DNA of 44,756 bases from a bacterium (GTDB lineage Bacteria > Patescibacteriota > Minisyncoccia > UBA6257 > WO2-44-18), in the NCBI GenBank assembly GCA_023244815.1, contig JAHFLQ010000005.1:1-44756 (forward strand), in the 5' to 3' direction. Position numbers and translations under genes: made by a program. The notes under the pieces were generated by a model. It did no database searches. It was not told the DNA's origin and saw only the letters and a list, made by a program, of their open reading frames with translations. Shown here piece after piece: positions 17,319 through 26,232 of this stretch. Within the stretch, counting starts at the first letter, position 1. The number at the start of each line of letters is the position of its first letter.

Positions 17319-18515
17319 ATGAAAAGCTGGCTCGGGCGGGCGGTTTTGCTTTCGTTTTGGATATTTTCCGCCTGGTACCTCTACATCGGTGGACTGCTGA
17401 CGCAGACGCTGACGTTTCCGAAGGCGCTCGCGGCGATCGGCATCGCGAATCTTATCTTCGCTATGCTGTTCGCTTTCTACGCCGGGACCGGCAAGCCGAA
17501 AGATGTCCTGTTTCAGGAGGCCTTCGGTTCCGGCGGCGGGAAATTCATCTCGCTTCTACCGTCGCTGACCCAGATCGGCTGGTACGCGGTAGTGGTGGAG
17601 ATCGGCGGCACGGCGCTGGCCACGTTCTTCGGTCTGAAGAAGGGCGAAACGCTTTTCTACGCGACGCTTCTCGGCTATGGCGCTATCACGATGTGGTTCG
17701 CCATCGGCGGCTTCAAGCGGATGGAAAAATTGAGCTGGGTCTCCATTCCGGCAATGCTCGCGTTTCTGGTCTGGGGCGCGCACGCGCTCTTCAAACAGCT
17801 GGGCACGGGCGACCTCGCGTCGTATCAACCGGCCAACCAGGCCGGGAAGGGAATTCTGACGGGAATCCAGTTGCTGATCGCGTCTTTCATCTCCGCCGCG
17901 GTGGTCATCCCGGACTTTCTACATGACCTCGGAAGCAAGAAAAATGTCTTCCTTGCTTCCTTCTGGGGGATGGTCCCGACGGCCATCCTGGTCGGCGGCT
18001 TGGGAGCGGTGTTCGCGATCGCGGGCAAGAGCTACGATGTGCTGGCGACGCTGAAGCTGATGAGCGGCCCGGCATTGGTCTACGCGCTGTTGAGCGTGGA
18101 CAATCTCTGCGGCGCGCAGGCGGTCTATCCGGTCGGCACCGGACTCGCCAGCGTTTTCCCCGGTGTTGCCAGAAAAGAAACTATCCGCAAGTTTTGGACG
18201 GTGGCCGGCGGACTGGTTTCTGTCGTCCTCGCGATGATCGGCATCGTCGGCAAACTGGACAGCTGGCTGATGATCCTCGGCACGGTCTTCTCGCCGATCA
18301 TCGGGGTCGTGCTGGCGAATCAGTATTTCGTGAGGCGAGATTTCTCCGACCGGAAGATGTTTCTGCCGGCTTTCATCGCCTGGGCGATTGGTTGCGGTGT
18401 TTCTTTCATCCCGTTCGGGATACCGATCTTGCAGGCGCTGGCGGCTTCGGCTATCGTTTTCATCCCGATCGGCAAGCTTTTTGGACGGGAATTCCTTGAA
18501 GGGAACATGAGCTAG
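17319..18515 (+). CDS. NCS1-family cytosine/purine permease (CodB-like)
   Basis: About 12 TM segments; AFG..G, QIGWYAV, PDF, PIIGVVLA; visibly GC-rich codons. Confidence 0.8.
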   Translation: MKSWLGRAVLLSFWIFSAWYLYIGGLLTQTLTFPKALAAIGIANLIFAMLFAFYAGTGKPKDVLFQEAFGSGGGKFISLLPSLTQIGWYAVVVEIGGTALATFFGLKKGETLFYATLLGYGAITMWFAIGGFKRMEKLSWVSIPAMLAFLVWGAHALFKQLGTGDLASYQPANQAGKGILTGIQLLIASFISAAVVIPDFLHDLGSKKNVFLASFWGMVPTAILVGGLGAVFAIAGKSYDVLATLKLMSGPALVYALLSVDNLCGAQAVYPVGTGLASVFPGVARKETIRKFWTVAGGLVSVVLAMIGIVGKLDSWLMILGTVFSPIIGVVLANQYFVRRDFSDRKMFLPAFIAWAIGCGVSFIPFGIPILQALAASAIVFIPIGKLFGREFLEGNMS

Positions 18516-18524
18516 AAATGAACC

Positions 18525-18572
18525 ACCACGGCCTTACGGCCGTGGTTTTCGTTTGGAGGTGCGGCATATAAA
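18525..18572 (+). repeat. 48-bp dispersed repeat, copy A (includes terminator-like hairpin)
   Basis: 43/48 identical to 37891-37938. Confidence 0.85.
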
Positions 18573-18610
18573 TCGCCGACGGCGACGTGATGGAAATGCG
18601 GTACGGCTGA
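18573..18610 (+). pseudogene. duplicated ychF 3' end (att-like remnant)
   Basis: TCGCCGACGGCGACGTGATGGAAAT is 24/25 identical to 16537-16561; encodes ADGDVMEMRYG* versus ADGDVMEIRHG*. Confidence 0.85.
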
Positions 18611-18712
18611 TTCACGAGGAGATTTTAATTTTTAACGAAAACCACCCCGACAATCAGAGCAATAATAGCAAGCATTTTTTTATTTCCAAATTAAATTGCT
18701 ATAATAGTAGGT

Positions 18713-19090
18713 ATGGAACAAAGATTTGAACATGCGGCACTGGAGCAAGAAATAAAGCAATTAGCTGTTGAAATCAAGGAGCGCGGACTCGCGGAAAAAG
18801 GCAAAGAGGGGATTAGGGCGGTTATTCAGGAAAAAACCGGCATACCCGCCGCCGGATCGCAGTCGTCGCAATCAGCAAGCGGTTCGCCAAATCTTCCCGG
18901 GTATCTCGCGAAAGAAGCTCCGGAGGTCAAATTAAAAGTAGAAAAACTTCTGGATATGGCGCTTCACAAAGGGTTAAAAGCCGCGGCTAATGAAGCAAAG
19001 GGCACGAACCCAATCGTGATAGACGCTTTCCATGACGCGCTGGCAGATAAGTTATATGCCGAACTCAAAGCCAGAGGACTAATCAACTAA
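18713..19090 (+). CDS. conserved hypothetical protein co-transcribed with the ATPase
   Basis: 125-aa ORF, DAFHDAL motif, TATAAT 7 nt before ATG, abuts the next gene. Confidence 0.8.
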   Translation: MEQRFEHAALEQEIKQLAVEIKERGLAEKGKEGIRAVIQEKTGIPAAGSQSSQSASGSPNLPGYLAKEAPEVKLKVEKLLDMALHKGLKAAANEAKGTNPIVIDAFHDALADKLYAELKARGLIN

Positions 19091-21427
19091 ATGAATTATG
19101 CGGCCTTGTTAATTTCCTTTGGCATCCCATTAGTGATTGTTTTAGTTGTAGCGCTAATCGCCGCCGGAATCAGTGCCGCCAGAAAAAAGTTTAGCCAACT
19201 TTTAAAATTGAAACTGCTGGCCATCCGTCTGCCCCAAAAACCGGCCGAGAAGGAAGGTTCCCTACAGGAAATAAATCTCACCAGCCAGCTTTTGAGCCTG
19301 CTTTCCAATCTAAAAATTCCTTTTTCGCTTGAGACCGCCGTCCATAATGTTGGCGAAGACATCCACTTTTATTTAGCCGTACCAGAACAGTCGGTAGATT
19401 TTACCAGTCGGCAAATCCAGGGCCTTTGGCACGACGCGCAAGTGATGCCAACCGAAGACTATACAATTTTCAACTCACAAGGAGCGTCGAGCGCGGCCTA
19501 TTTAAAACAAAAACAGCACTACGCTCTTCCGGTGCGTACTTACGTCGAAGCGAATCTAGATACCTTCTCGCCACTCCTTAATAATTTTTCCAAAGTTGAA
19601 CAAACGGGAGAGGGTTTGGCAATCCAAATCGTTGCCAAACCGGCCGGTGTTTCGGCAAATAAAAACATTTCCAAAATAACATATGACTTAAAGCGCGGGG
19701 CAAAATTGGTGGATCTGCTAGTCGGAAAATTATACTCTCCTCCCAAGCCAAAAAAGGACGAACCAATTCCGCCGATTATCGTCGATGAAGAAGCGGTCAA
19801 ATTACTTACGCAAAAGATCGCCAAGCCGCTGTTTGACGTAAACATCCGGCTTGTTTCTTCGGCAATGTCGCCATATCGAGCCGAAGAGCTTTTAAATAAC
19901 CTCACCGGATCGTTTAACCAGTTTACCGCGCCGGGGCACAACGAATTCAAAGTGTTGGAGCAAAAAAATCCGCAAAAGTTGATTTTCCAGTACGTTTTCC
20001 GGGAGTTTGATCCGGCGCAATCAATGGTTTTGGGCGCGGATGAAATAGCGAGTATTTGGCACCTGCCAATCGCTGGCACGGAAATCCCGAAAATTAAATG
20101 GGTGAGAGCGCGTGAAGCCGCTCCGCCGACCGTTCTCCCGACCAGCGGCACCCTGATAGGGGAGAGCGATTTCCGTGGCGAAACTAAGCCGATTTTTATT
20201 ACCGATGAAGATCGCCGCCGCCATGTTTATATCGTCGGTCAGACCGGTACCGGAAAATCCACCCTGCTTTCCAATATGGTTATTTCTGACATTCAAAGCG
20301 GTAAGGGAGTAGCAGTGGTTGATCCACATGGCGAGTTAATTGAAGAGATTCTGGGCAATATTCCGGAAAAGCGACTGGGCGATGTGCTTGTCTTCGATCC
20401 GGGAGATCTGGAAAAACCGCTTGGTTTGAATATGTTGGAATATGATACCGCGCGGCCAGAACAAAAAACTTTTATCGTTAATGAAATGCAGAGTATCTTC
20501 AACAAGCTTTTTACCGCTGAGACGATGGGGCCAATGTTCGAACAATACATGCGAAACGCCCTTTTGCTTTTGATGGACGATCCGAACGAACACGCGACTT
20601 TAATGGAAGTGCCGCGCGTGTTTACCGACGTGGAATTTCGCAAGCGATTGCTGGAAAAAACCACCAACCCCACCGTGATTGATTTCTGGAACAAAGAAGC
20701 GGCTAAAGCCGGCGGCGACGCCTCGCTTGCCAATATGACGCCCTACATCACCTCTAAATTCAATAATTTTATCGCCAACGACTATATGCGTCCGATTATC
20801 GGCCAGCCGATTTCTTCGTTGAATTTCCGCAAAATTATGGATGAGGGCAAAATTCTCTTGATCAACCTTTCTAAAGGCAAGATAGGGGATATCAACGCCG
20901 GTCTTCTTGGAATGGTGGTGGTGGGCAAAATTCTGCTGGCGGCTCTTTCGCGCGTGGACGTCGCACAAGAACAGCGCAGGGACTTCAACCTTTATGTAGA
21001 CGAGTTCCAGAATTTCACGACAGATTCTATCGCCACAATTCTCTCCGAAGCCCGCAAATATCGACTCAATCTGGTGGTGGCCCACCAGTTCGTTGCCCAA
21101 CTGGCCGACAAGATCCGCGACGCGGTATTTGGCAATGTCGGATCGCAAATCGTATTTCGTGTCGGCGCTGACGACGCCAAATTCTTAATCAAGCAATTTG
21201 AGCCGGTTTTTTCTGAAGGTGATCTTGTAAATATTGATAACTTAAACGCGGCGGTGAAGCTCCTAATCAACGGCCAAACCTCCAGACCGTTCAACATGAA
21301 ACTAATTTTGCGCTCGCCGCGTATTATTGAGGGTCTGGCACCAAAAATAAAGGAAGCTTCCCGTGCCGCCTACGGCCGCAACCGTGCCGAGGTAGAGGCA
21401 GATATTTTGAAACGCTTGCGCGGTTAA
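19091..21427 (+). CDS. VirD4/TraD/HerA-like P-loop ATPase (T4CP/DUF87 type)
   Basis: N-terminal TM; RRRHVYIVGQTGTGKS Walker A, DPHGE, YVDEFQNF Walker B, EARKYRL..AHQ. Confidence 0.88.
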   Translation: MNYAALLISFGIPLVIVLVVALIAAGISAARKKFSQLLKLKLLAIRLPQKPAEKEGSLQEINLTSQLLSLLSNLKIPFSLETAVHNVGEDIHFYLAVPEQSVDFTSRQIQGLWHDAQVMPTEDYTIFNSQGASSAAYLKQKQHYALPVRTYVEANLDTFSPLLNNFSKVEQTGEGLAIQIVAKPAGVSANKNISKITYDLKRGAKLVDLLVGKLYSPPKPKKDEPIPPIIVDEEAVKLLTQKIAKPLFDVNIRLVSSAMSPYRAEELLNNLTGSFNQFTAPGHNEFKVLEQKNPQKLIFQYVFREFDPAQSMVLGADEIASIWHLPIAGTEIPKIKWVRAREAAPPTVLPTSGTLIGESDFRGETKPIFITDEDRRRHVYIVGQTGTGKSTLLSNMVISDIQSGKGVAVVDPHGELIEEILGNIPEKRLGDVLVFDPGDLEKPLGLNMLEYDTARPEQKTFIVNEMQSIFNKLFTAETMGPMFEQYMRNALLLLMDDPNEHATLMEVPRVFTDVEFRKRLLEKTTNPTVIDFWNKEAAKAGGDASLANMTPYITSKFNNFIANDYMRPIIGQPISSLNFRKIMDEGKILLINLSKGKIGDINAGLLGMVVVGKILLAALSRVDVAQEQRRDFNLYVDEFQNFTTDSIATILSEARKYRLNLVVAHQFVAQLADKIRDAVFGNVGSQIVFRVGADDAKFLIKQFEPVFSEGDLVNIDNLNAAVKLLINGQTSRPFNMKLILRSPRIIEGLAPKIKEASRAAYGRNRAEVEADILKRLRG

Positions 21428-21472
21428 GCTCTCTGTGTTAGAGTACTGGCAGTTTTTTGATTTGGAGGATGC

Positions 21473-21842
21473 ATGCGCATTTTTTTGATCGCAGCGCTGT
21501 GTGTGGTCGCTTTGATACTTTTCGCCTTGATTGGACTGTATCACTGTCAGGAGATCACAAAACGGATGGTCGTTTTAGAGGTGAAGTATCCATTACAGAC
21601 CCCCATATATTACCTACCCTCCAGGGTTTCCTCTAGATGTTGCTGAAACCGTAGAGTTTAGGACTGAGGAGGGGAAGTCATTCTTTCTCAATAAAGTAGA
21701 TTTTTGCGGCGATGAAAATAGCTGGAAAAGTTTACAGAAAGGACAACTCGTAGAGTTTTATCACTACATTGCGTACTGGAAAATCTCTGACAGCATCAGC
21801 TTTACGAAAAAGCACATCGATCGTATAAAAATTCTAAATTAA
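21473..21842 (+). pseudogene. frameshifted exported/membrane-anchored protein gene
   Basis: GGAGG SD, then MRIFLIAALCVVALILFALIGL..., stopping after 57 aa. The +1 frame continues ...PPGFPLDVAETVEFRTEEG...RIKILN* to 21842; total length is 3n+1. Confidence 0.6.
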
Positions 21843-21847
21843 ACCAC

Positions 21848-21871
21848 AAGCCGCTCTTAATGAGCGGTTTT
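21848..21871. terminator. bidirectional terminator
   Basis: AAGCCGCTC-ttaat-GAGCGGTTT between convergent genes. Confidence 0.65.
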
Positions 21872-21874
21872 CCA

Positions 21875-22657
21875 TTATTTTATATATCCTATTTTCCGTA
21901 ACCAGTACTCATTTTCCCACTGCCATAGCGTCTTAGCACCGAGAAACGCTTCGAAATCCGGCTGCCAGTAGGGAAATTCCTTAATTTCAATAATACCCTT
22001 CATATCGTCCCAATCGTGACCTTCTTCGCCGCAAAATGGCTTGCCGTTGCTTCGGTATGGTTTCTTGATCTTCTGCCGGCCTCCCTTACTGCGCATTGTA
22101 GAGCCGCATAACTTGCAGGTCTGCCCCTGATCTATTCGCAAGATCCAGCGCGTGGAAAGGCCGGCCATCAGCGGATCGCGGGTAAGCGCGTCCATATAGG
22201 CGGAGAGCTGAAGATTATAATCGCGGTAAATTCCTTGAGAGGTCTTTATGTCTAGCACGCCGAATTTGCCGTCAATTAAAGCCAGAGTGTCAATGGTGCC
22301 GGCATAGCGATGCACTTGGTTACAAATTCTTTTTTCCACGTGGGCCGGTTCAACCTGGATGTTGTTCTTTAATAAAAATTCACGGAAAGCGTTAATGGCC
22401 GGCGCGATTAAAGGATCAACTATGGGTTCTTCGCCGATCAATATCTTTTCCGCCGCTTCGTGCACCATCGTACCTTCTTTGGCTGACTGTTCAGTCATTG
22501 CCTGCGCGGCGGCGTAGCTCGGCGAGTCGCCATAATATCTGTAGAGGGCGGGCTTGGATTTTATATCCACGATTTTTGTAACCCTCGGATACCAAAGGCC
22601 GTCAATCACATAGCCGCATTTTTCCATGAAGTCTTCAGCGTTTTTGAAATCAAACAT
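21875..22657 (-). CDS. PD-(D/E)XK nuclease superfamily protein
   Basis: PRVTKI, GTMVHE, YAGTID...LDIKTS, QLSAY; CxxC insert. Confidence 0.85.
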   Translation of the reverse strand: MFDFKNAEDFMEKCGYVIDGLWYPRVTKIVDIKSKPALYRYYGDSPSYAAAQAMTEQSAKEGTMVHEAAEKILIGEEPIVDPLIAPAINAFREFLLKNNIQVEPAHVEKRICNQVHRYAGTIDTLALIDGKFGVLDIKTSQGIYRDYNLQLSAYMDALTRDPLMAGLSTRWILRIDQGQTCKLCGSTMRSKGGRQKIKKPYRSNGKPFCGEEGHDWDDMKGIIEIKEFPYWQPDFEAFLGAKTLWQWENEYWLRKIGYIK

Positions 22658-22660
22658 AGT

Positions 22661-22730
22661 TCGTAAATCGTGAATCGTAAATCTTAAATCGTCTGACGAT
22701 GCGAGATACAGGACTCATGATACAAGATTT
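22661..22730. repeat. heptamer tandem repeats (two opposed arrays)
   Basis: TCGTAAA TCGTGAA TCGTAAA TCTTAAA TCGTCTG, then ACGATGC GAGATAC AGGACTC ATGATAC AAGATTT. Confidence 0.7.
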
Positions 22731-24022
22731 TCGGTGTAGTTAATAATGTCGCCGGCGCCCATCATTACGATAATAGGGGATAGTTTGGGGTTTAGGGCGC
22801 TAACAACCTTAATTAAAATCTTTTTTAAATCTTTCGGGTTCTTTAGATATTCCGCGCCAACTACTCTCGCGAGCGCCTCGGAACTTCTTTTTTTATCCAG
22901 TTCCTGCTCACGGCCAGCCACAATGTACGTAGGGAATAGGATAACTCGGTCAGCGGCCTTAAAGGCGGTTTTAAAGTCATTAAACAAGGCCTTGAGACGA
23001 TGGGCTTGATGGGCCTGAAAAACGCAAATAAGAGGGTTTTTAGGCCATTTCTGCTTGAATGCGGCCAGCGTCGCCCTGATCTCGGACGGGTGATGGGCAT
23101 AATCGTCAAAGACGCGAATCGTGTATCGCGCATCTCGTATCGTTCGAAGATGTGCGCTGTGCGATGTGCGATTCACGCTCAACGTTCCCCGGTACTCCAT
23201 TCGCCGCCAGGCGCCTCGATATTTACCGAGTGCTTTTAAAATAGTTTGTCTAGGAATATCTAAATAGTCGGCGATAGCGTAAGCGTTGAGCGCATTATTA
23301 ACATTATGATCGCCTGGAATTTTCAAAACTTTTTTAATCTCAGCGGCTAGCTTTGGATTCGTCGAACGCTCAACAACTGTCTCACAACGCTCTTTAAACT
23401 GCTCAAAAGTTTTTTGAACGTTGGCGAAATTTTTATAAAAATCCAAATGCTCTTTATCTATATTAGTGATCGCCGCGACATATGGATGATAGTTTAAAAA
23501 AGCCGCCCTCCATTCGTCGGCTTCCAGAACTAACCAACCCGAATTTCCCTTACGAAAGTTTTTCCCACCCAGCTCTTTTAGTTTTGTCCCAATGATTATC
23601 GTCGGGTCAAGGCCAGCCTCAATTAAAATCAGCGAAACCATGGCGGTGGTCGTGCTTTTACCGTGCGAGCCGGCAACGGCAATAGTTTTATATTTTTTGG
23701 TCAGTTCGCCGACTATTTCCGGATAGGATCGCACGGCGGCGCCGGATTTTTCCGCCGCTATCAGCTCCGGATTTTCTTTTGGAATCGCGTTGTTGTAAAT
23801 GACGAGTGATGGTCCGCTCTTTTGGATGTTGTTTGCTGATTGTTTACCAATGTAAACCGCGACACCTTCTTTTTTGAGTTCGTCGGTAGTTCCGGAAGGG
23901 GAAAGGTCGGATCCGCTAACCTTCCAGCCCTCGGACAAAAAATACCGCGCGAGCGCGGACATTCCAATTCCGCCAATGCCAATAAAATGAGCTCTGTTGC
24001 GAACCTTTTCCTTACTAGCCAT
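22715..24022 (-). CDS. murC: UDP-N-acetylmuramate--L-alanine ligase
   Basis: HFIGIGGIGMSALA, AGSHGKSTTT, EADE, DDYAHHP. Start placed at 24022 (MASKEK) because TATAAT lies 7 nt upstream. Confidence 0.95.
   Translation of the reverse strand: MASKEKVRNRAHFIGIGGIGMSALARYFLSEGWKVSGSDLSPSGTTDELKKEGVAVYIGKQSANNIQKSGPSLVIYNNAIPKENPELIAAEKSGAAVRSYPEIVGELTKKYKTIAVAGSHGKSTTTAMVSLILIEAGLDPTIIIGTKLKELGGKNFRKGNSGWLVLEADEWRAAFLNYHPYVAAITNIDKEHLDFYKNFANVQKTFEQFKERCETVVERSTNPKLAAEIKKVLKIPGDHNVNNALNAYAIADYLDIPRQTILKALGKYRGAWRRMEYRGTLSVNRTSHSAHLRTIRDARYTIRVFDDYAHHPSEIRATLAAFKQKWPKNPLICVFQAHQAHRLKALFNDFKTAFKAADRVILFPTYIVAGREQELDKKRSSEALARVVGAEYLKNPKDLKKILIKVVSALNPKLSPIIVMMGAGDIINYTENLVS
23118..23176. repeat. 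heptamer repeat insertion inside murC
   Basis: ATCGTGT ATCGCGC ATCTCGT ATCGTTC / GATGTGC GCTGTGC GATGTGC GATTCAC; in-frame extra peptide before VFDDYAHH. Confidence 0.7.
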
Positions 24023-24051
24023 TGAGCCAATTATACTACTGAACACCGGCA

Positions 24052-24245
24052 GGGAATAGTGCCGAATGAACTTAACCACCTGTCGCACAATATATGTTTT
24101 ATAACGGGAGAATATCAAAGAGCCGCAAGTCCGCCCGTCATAAAACATTGCGCCCGTTTTGCAATGCTTTTCAAGAATCGTCGCAACAACAGGCTGTAAA
24201 GAAATTTGTTTCTGCCAGCGCAAAACAAGCTTTCTTAACTATTCC
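24052..24245 (-). ncRNA. candidate ~190-nt structured intergenic RNA
   Basis: Closing stem GGAATAGT/ACTATTCC, 15-bp stem ATGTTTTATGACGGG/CCCGTTATAAAACAT, CCTGTTG/CGACAGG; G-U pairs favour the minus strand. Confidence 0.4.
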
Positions 24246-24246
24246 T

Positions 24247-24693
24247 TTACAAACTCGCCTTGTACTTATTGATTGCCTGAACCACCTGCGAATCCATTTC
24301 TAAATCTTCTATAAAGATTATCTGGTCGCGGTTGATCATCATTTCATCCTTCGGTTTGTGCAACTCGGTTACCCCTAATTTGGCCAAACTAATGCTTTGT
24401 TGGGGCTGGTTCTCTTTTTTACCCTGGACCGGCTGTAAAACCTGGCTGACTTGCAGATAATAAACATCCTTTAAGGTCACATAGTTAGAATTTATGCCGG
24501 AAGCTTTACCAAAATAGACCTGTCCATTGGTAAGAAAAATTGCCTGATAGTCAGAAACTCTGCCACCCAAACCCAGAGAAACTCCGTTTTTTTGCAGATA
24601 ATATCCGAGCAATACAAGTACGACGACGGTTGCTAACAAAACAACAACTCGTAACCTATTCTTTGGCTTTGGTCGATCCATTAATTGCTCCAT
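24247..24693 (-). CDS. conserved single-TM hypothetical protein
   Basis: TM then YQAIFLTNGQVYFG, YYLQ, ELHKPKDEMMINRDQIIFIE. Confidence 0.85.
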   Translation of the reverse strand: MEQLMDRPKPKNRLRVVVLLATVVVLVLLGYYLQKNGVSLGLGGRVSDYQAIFLTNGQVYFGKASGINSNYVTLKDVYYLQVSQVLQPVQGKKENQPQQSISLAKLGVTELHKPKDEMMINRDQIIFIEDLEMDSQVVQAINKYKASL

Positions 24694-24745
24694 AGTAATT
24701 ATTATAGCGATCTTTTATAAGCAGTAAATACCTTCGTGTGGATAA

Positions 24746-25504
24746 CTAAATCAATGTCAAAATTTCCGGACCTTGTTCGGTAATTGCTACCGTGTGCTCA
24801 AAATGGGCGGACAAACTCCCATCTTCGACCGCATAGCTCTCGTCTTTTAGCTGAACGATCCTTGCTGTGCCGGCGCTGGTCATAGGTTCTATAGCGAGAA
24901 CCATCCCCGGCCTCAAGGCTATGCCACTCCCCTTCTTGCCTTCATTAAACACACTTGGGTCTTCGTGAAGCTCCTTGCCAACGCCATGGCCAGTAAGTCC
25001 ATCAACGACTTTAAATCCATAACCACTTATCGTCCGACTAATGGCCCAACCAATATCGCCGAGGTGCTTCCCAGGCTTTGCGTATTTAATACCTTCAAAT
25101 AAAGCCTTTTCGGTAACCTTAATGAGCTGTTGTGTTTGTTCGGAAATCTCGCCAACTCCAGTCGTCCAAGCGGCATCGGCGTGCCAACCATCATAAGTAA
25201 CGCCAAAATCCAGTTTCAAAAGATCACCAGATCTCAGCCTATAATCATTTGGGACACCATGCACCACCACATCGTTAATAGATGTGCAGATTGAGGATGG
25301 GTATGGCTTCGCCGCGCCATAGGGCTGGTAACCTAAAAAAGCTGGCTTGCCGCCGGCTTTTAGAATCAGTTCTTTCGCCAGCGTGTCGAGCGATTTGAGA
25401 CGGGTACCCTCCTTTGCTTGCGCGAGCACTGCTTTAGCAACTTGGGCTAAAATTTTTCCGGCTTGGCGGATCTTTTCTATTTCTTCTGCTGTCTTAATAA
25501 TCAC
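24746..25504 (-). CDS. map: methionine aminopeptidase type I
   Basis: SINDVVVHGVP, GHGVG..HEDP, IEPM, SAHFEHT. Confidence 0.96.
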   Translation of the reverse strand: MIIKTAEEIEKIRQAGKILAQVAKAVLAQAKEGTRLKSLDTLAKELILKAGGKPAFLGYQPYGAAKPYPSSICTSINDVVVHGVPNDYRLRSGDLLKLDFGVTYDGWHADAAWTTGVGEISEQTQQLIKVTEKALFEGIKYAKPGKHLGDIGWAISRTISGYGFKVVDGLTGHGVGKELHEDPSVFNEGKKGSGIALRPGMVLAIEPMTSAGTARIVQLKDESYAVEDGSLSAHFEHTVAITEQGPEILTLI

Positions 25505-26190
25505 AGCCCTAATTTTTGCTTTAAATCGGCAAAAACGTCAAATGGCAGGGGGTTGGCATCCACTTCGTAAAGCCGGTAGCCGCGTTCTTTAAGTGTCTCA
25601 AGAATCGGCGCAGTTCGTTCCTCATACTCTTTAATCCTTGTTTCAAACACCGCCGGATTATCCACACTGCGCGTGCGAAGCGCTCCGCCGCAAAGCGGGC
25701 AGGTCGTATGTTGGTGCCCCTTCTCGTTATATAAAATAGCGGTGTAGCAGATTGAGCAAATTTTCCGGTTTTTATTGCGCAGAATGGCTTTTTGGGGATC
25801 GATTACCAAGTGTACGGGGTAAATATTTTCCTTTCCATAAGTTTCCTCCAATACAGCGATTAACCCTTTATTTCTATCGTCGCCGAAAGCTTCAAAGAGC
25901 GTCCGAGGCGAACCGCTGAAGGCAATATTAAAATTCGCTTCGCCGATCTTTTTAGCCTCATCGGCAGTGATCTTCAAAACAAACGCGGGCGTGACCAGCT
26001 CACCGGAATCCAGCTGTTTCTGTGCTTCGGCGATTTCTGAATCCTGCTGGTTATCTTTGTCGTGAACCAGGAGATCCAGAAATTTTCCCGTGTCAAAATG
26101 AACAAACCCCTTGGTCCAAGCCAAAAGATTTGCCTGGGTCCCCTTCCCCGCCCCCGGCGGCCCGTAAATTATCACCGCTTTTTTTGCCAT
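25501..26190 (-). CDS. adk: adenylate kinase (Zn-LID type, divergent)
   Basis: GPPGAGKGTQA, GSPRT, CxxC..CxxC lid; lies between secY and map. Confidence 0.9.
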   Translation of the reverse strand: MAKKAVIIYGPPGAGKGTQANLLAWTKGFVHFDTGKFLDLLVHDKDNQQDSEIAEAQKQLDSGELVTPAFVLKITADEAKKIGEANFNIAFSGSPRTLFEAFGDDRNKGLIAVLEETYGKENIYPVHLVIDPQKAILRNKNRKICSICYTAILYNEKGHQHTTCPLCGGALRTRSVDNPAVFETRIKEYEERTAPILETLKERGYRLYEVDANPLPFDVFADLKQKLGL

Positions 26191-26232
26191 AGAAAGATTC
26201 TAACACACAGAGTACCCAGCGAAAAAGCTAGA

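Noticed and set aside
17315-17926. 203-aa alternative-frame ORF over the permease
   Set aside because: Arg-rich off-frame product of GC-biased codons.
21875-22657. CRISPR Cas4
   Set aside because: Lacks the Cas4 four-Cys Fe-S arrangement and has no cas context; generic PD-(D/E)XK nuclease.
24023-24223. 67-aa N-terminal extension of MurC
   Set aside because: Non-homologous; TATAAT 7 nt before the ATG at 24022 marks the real start.
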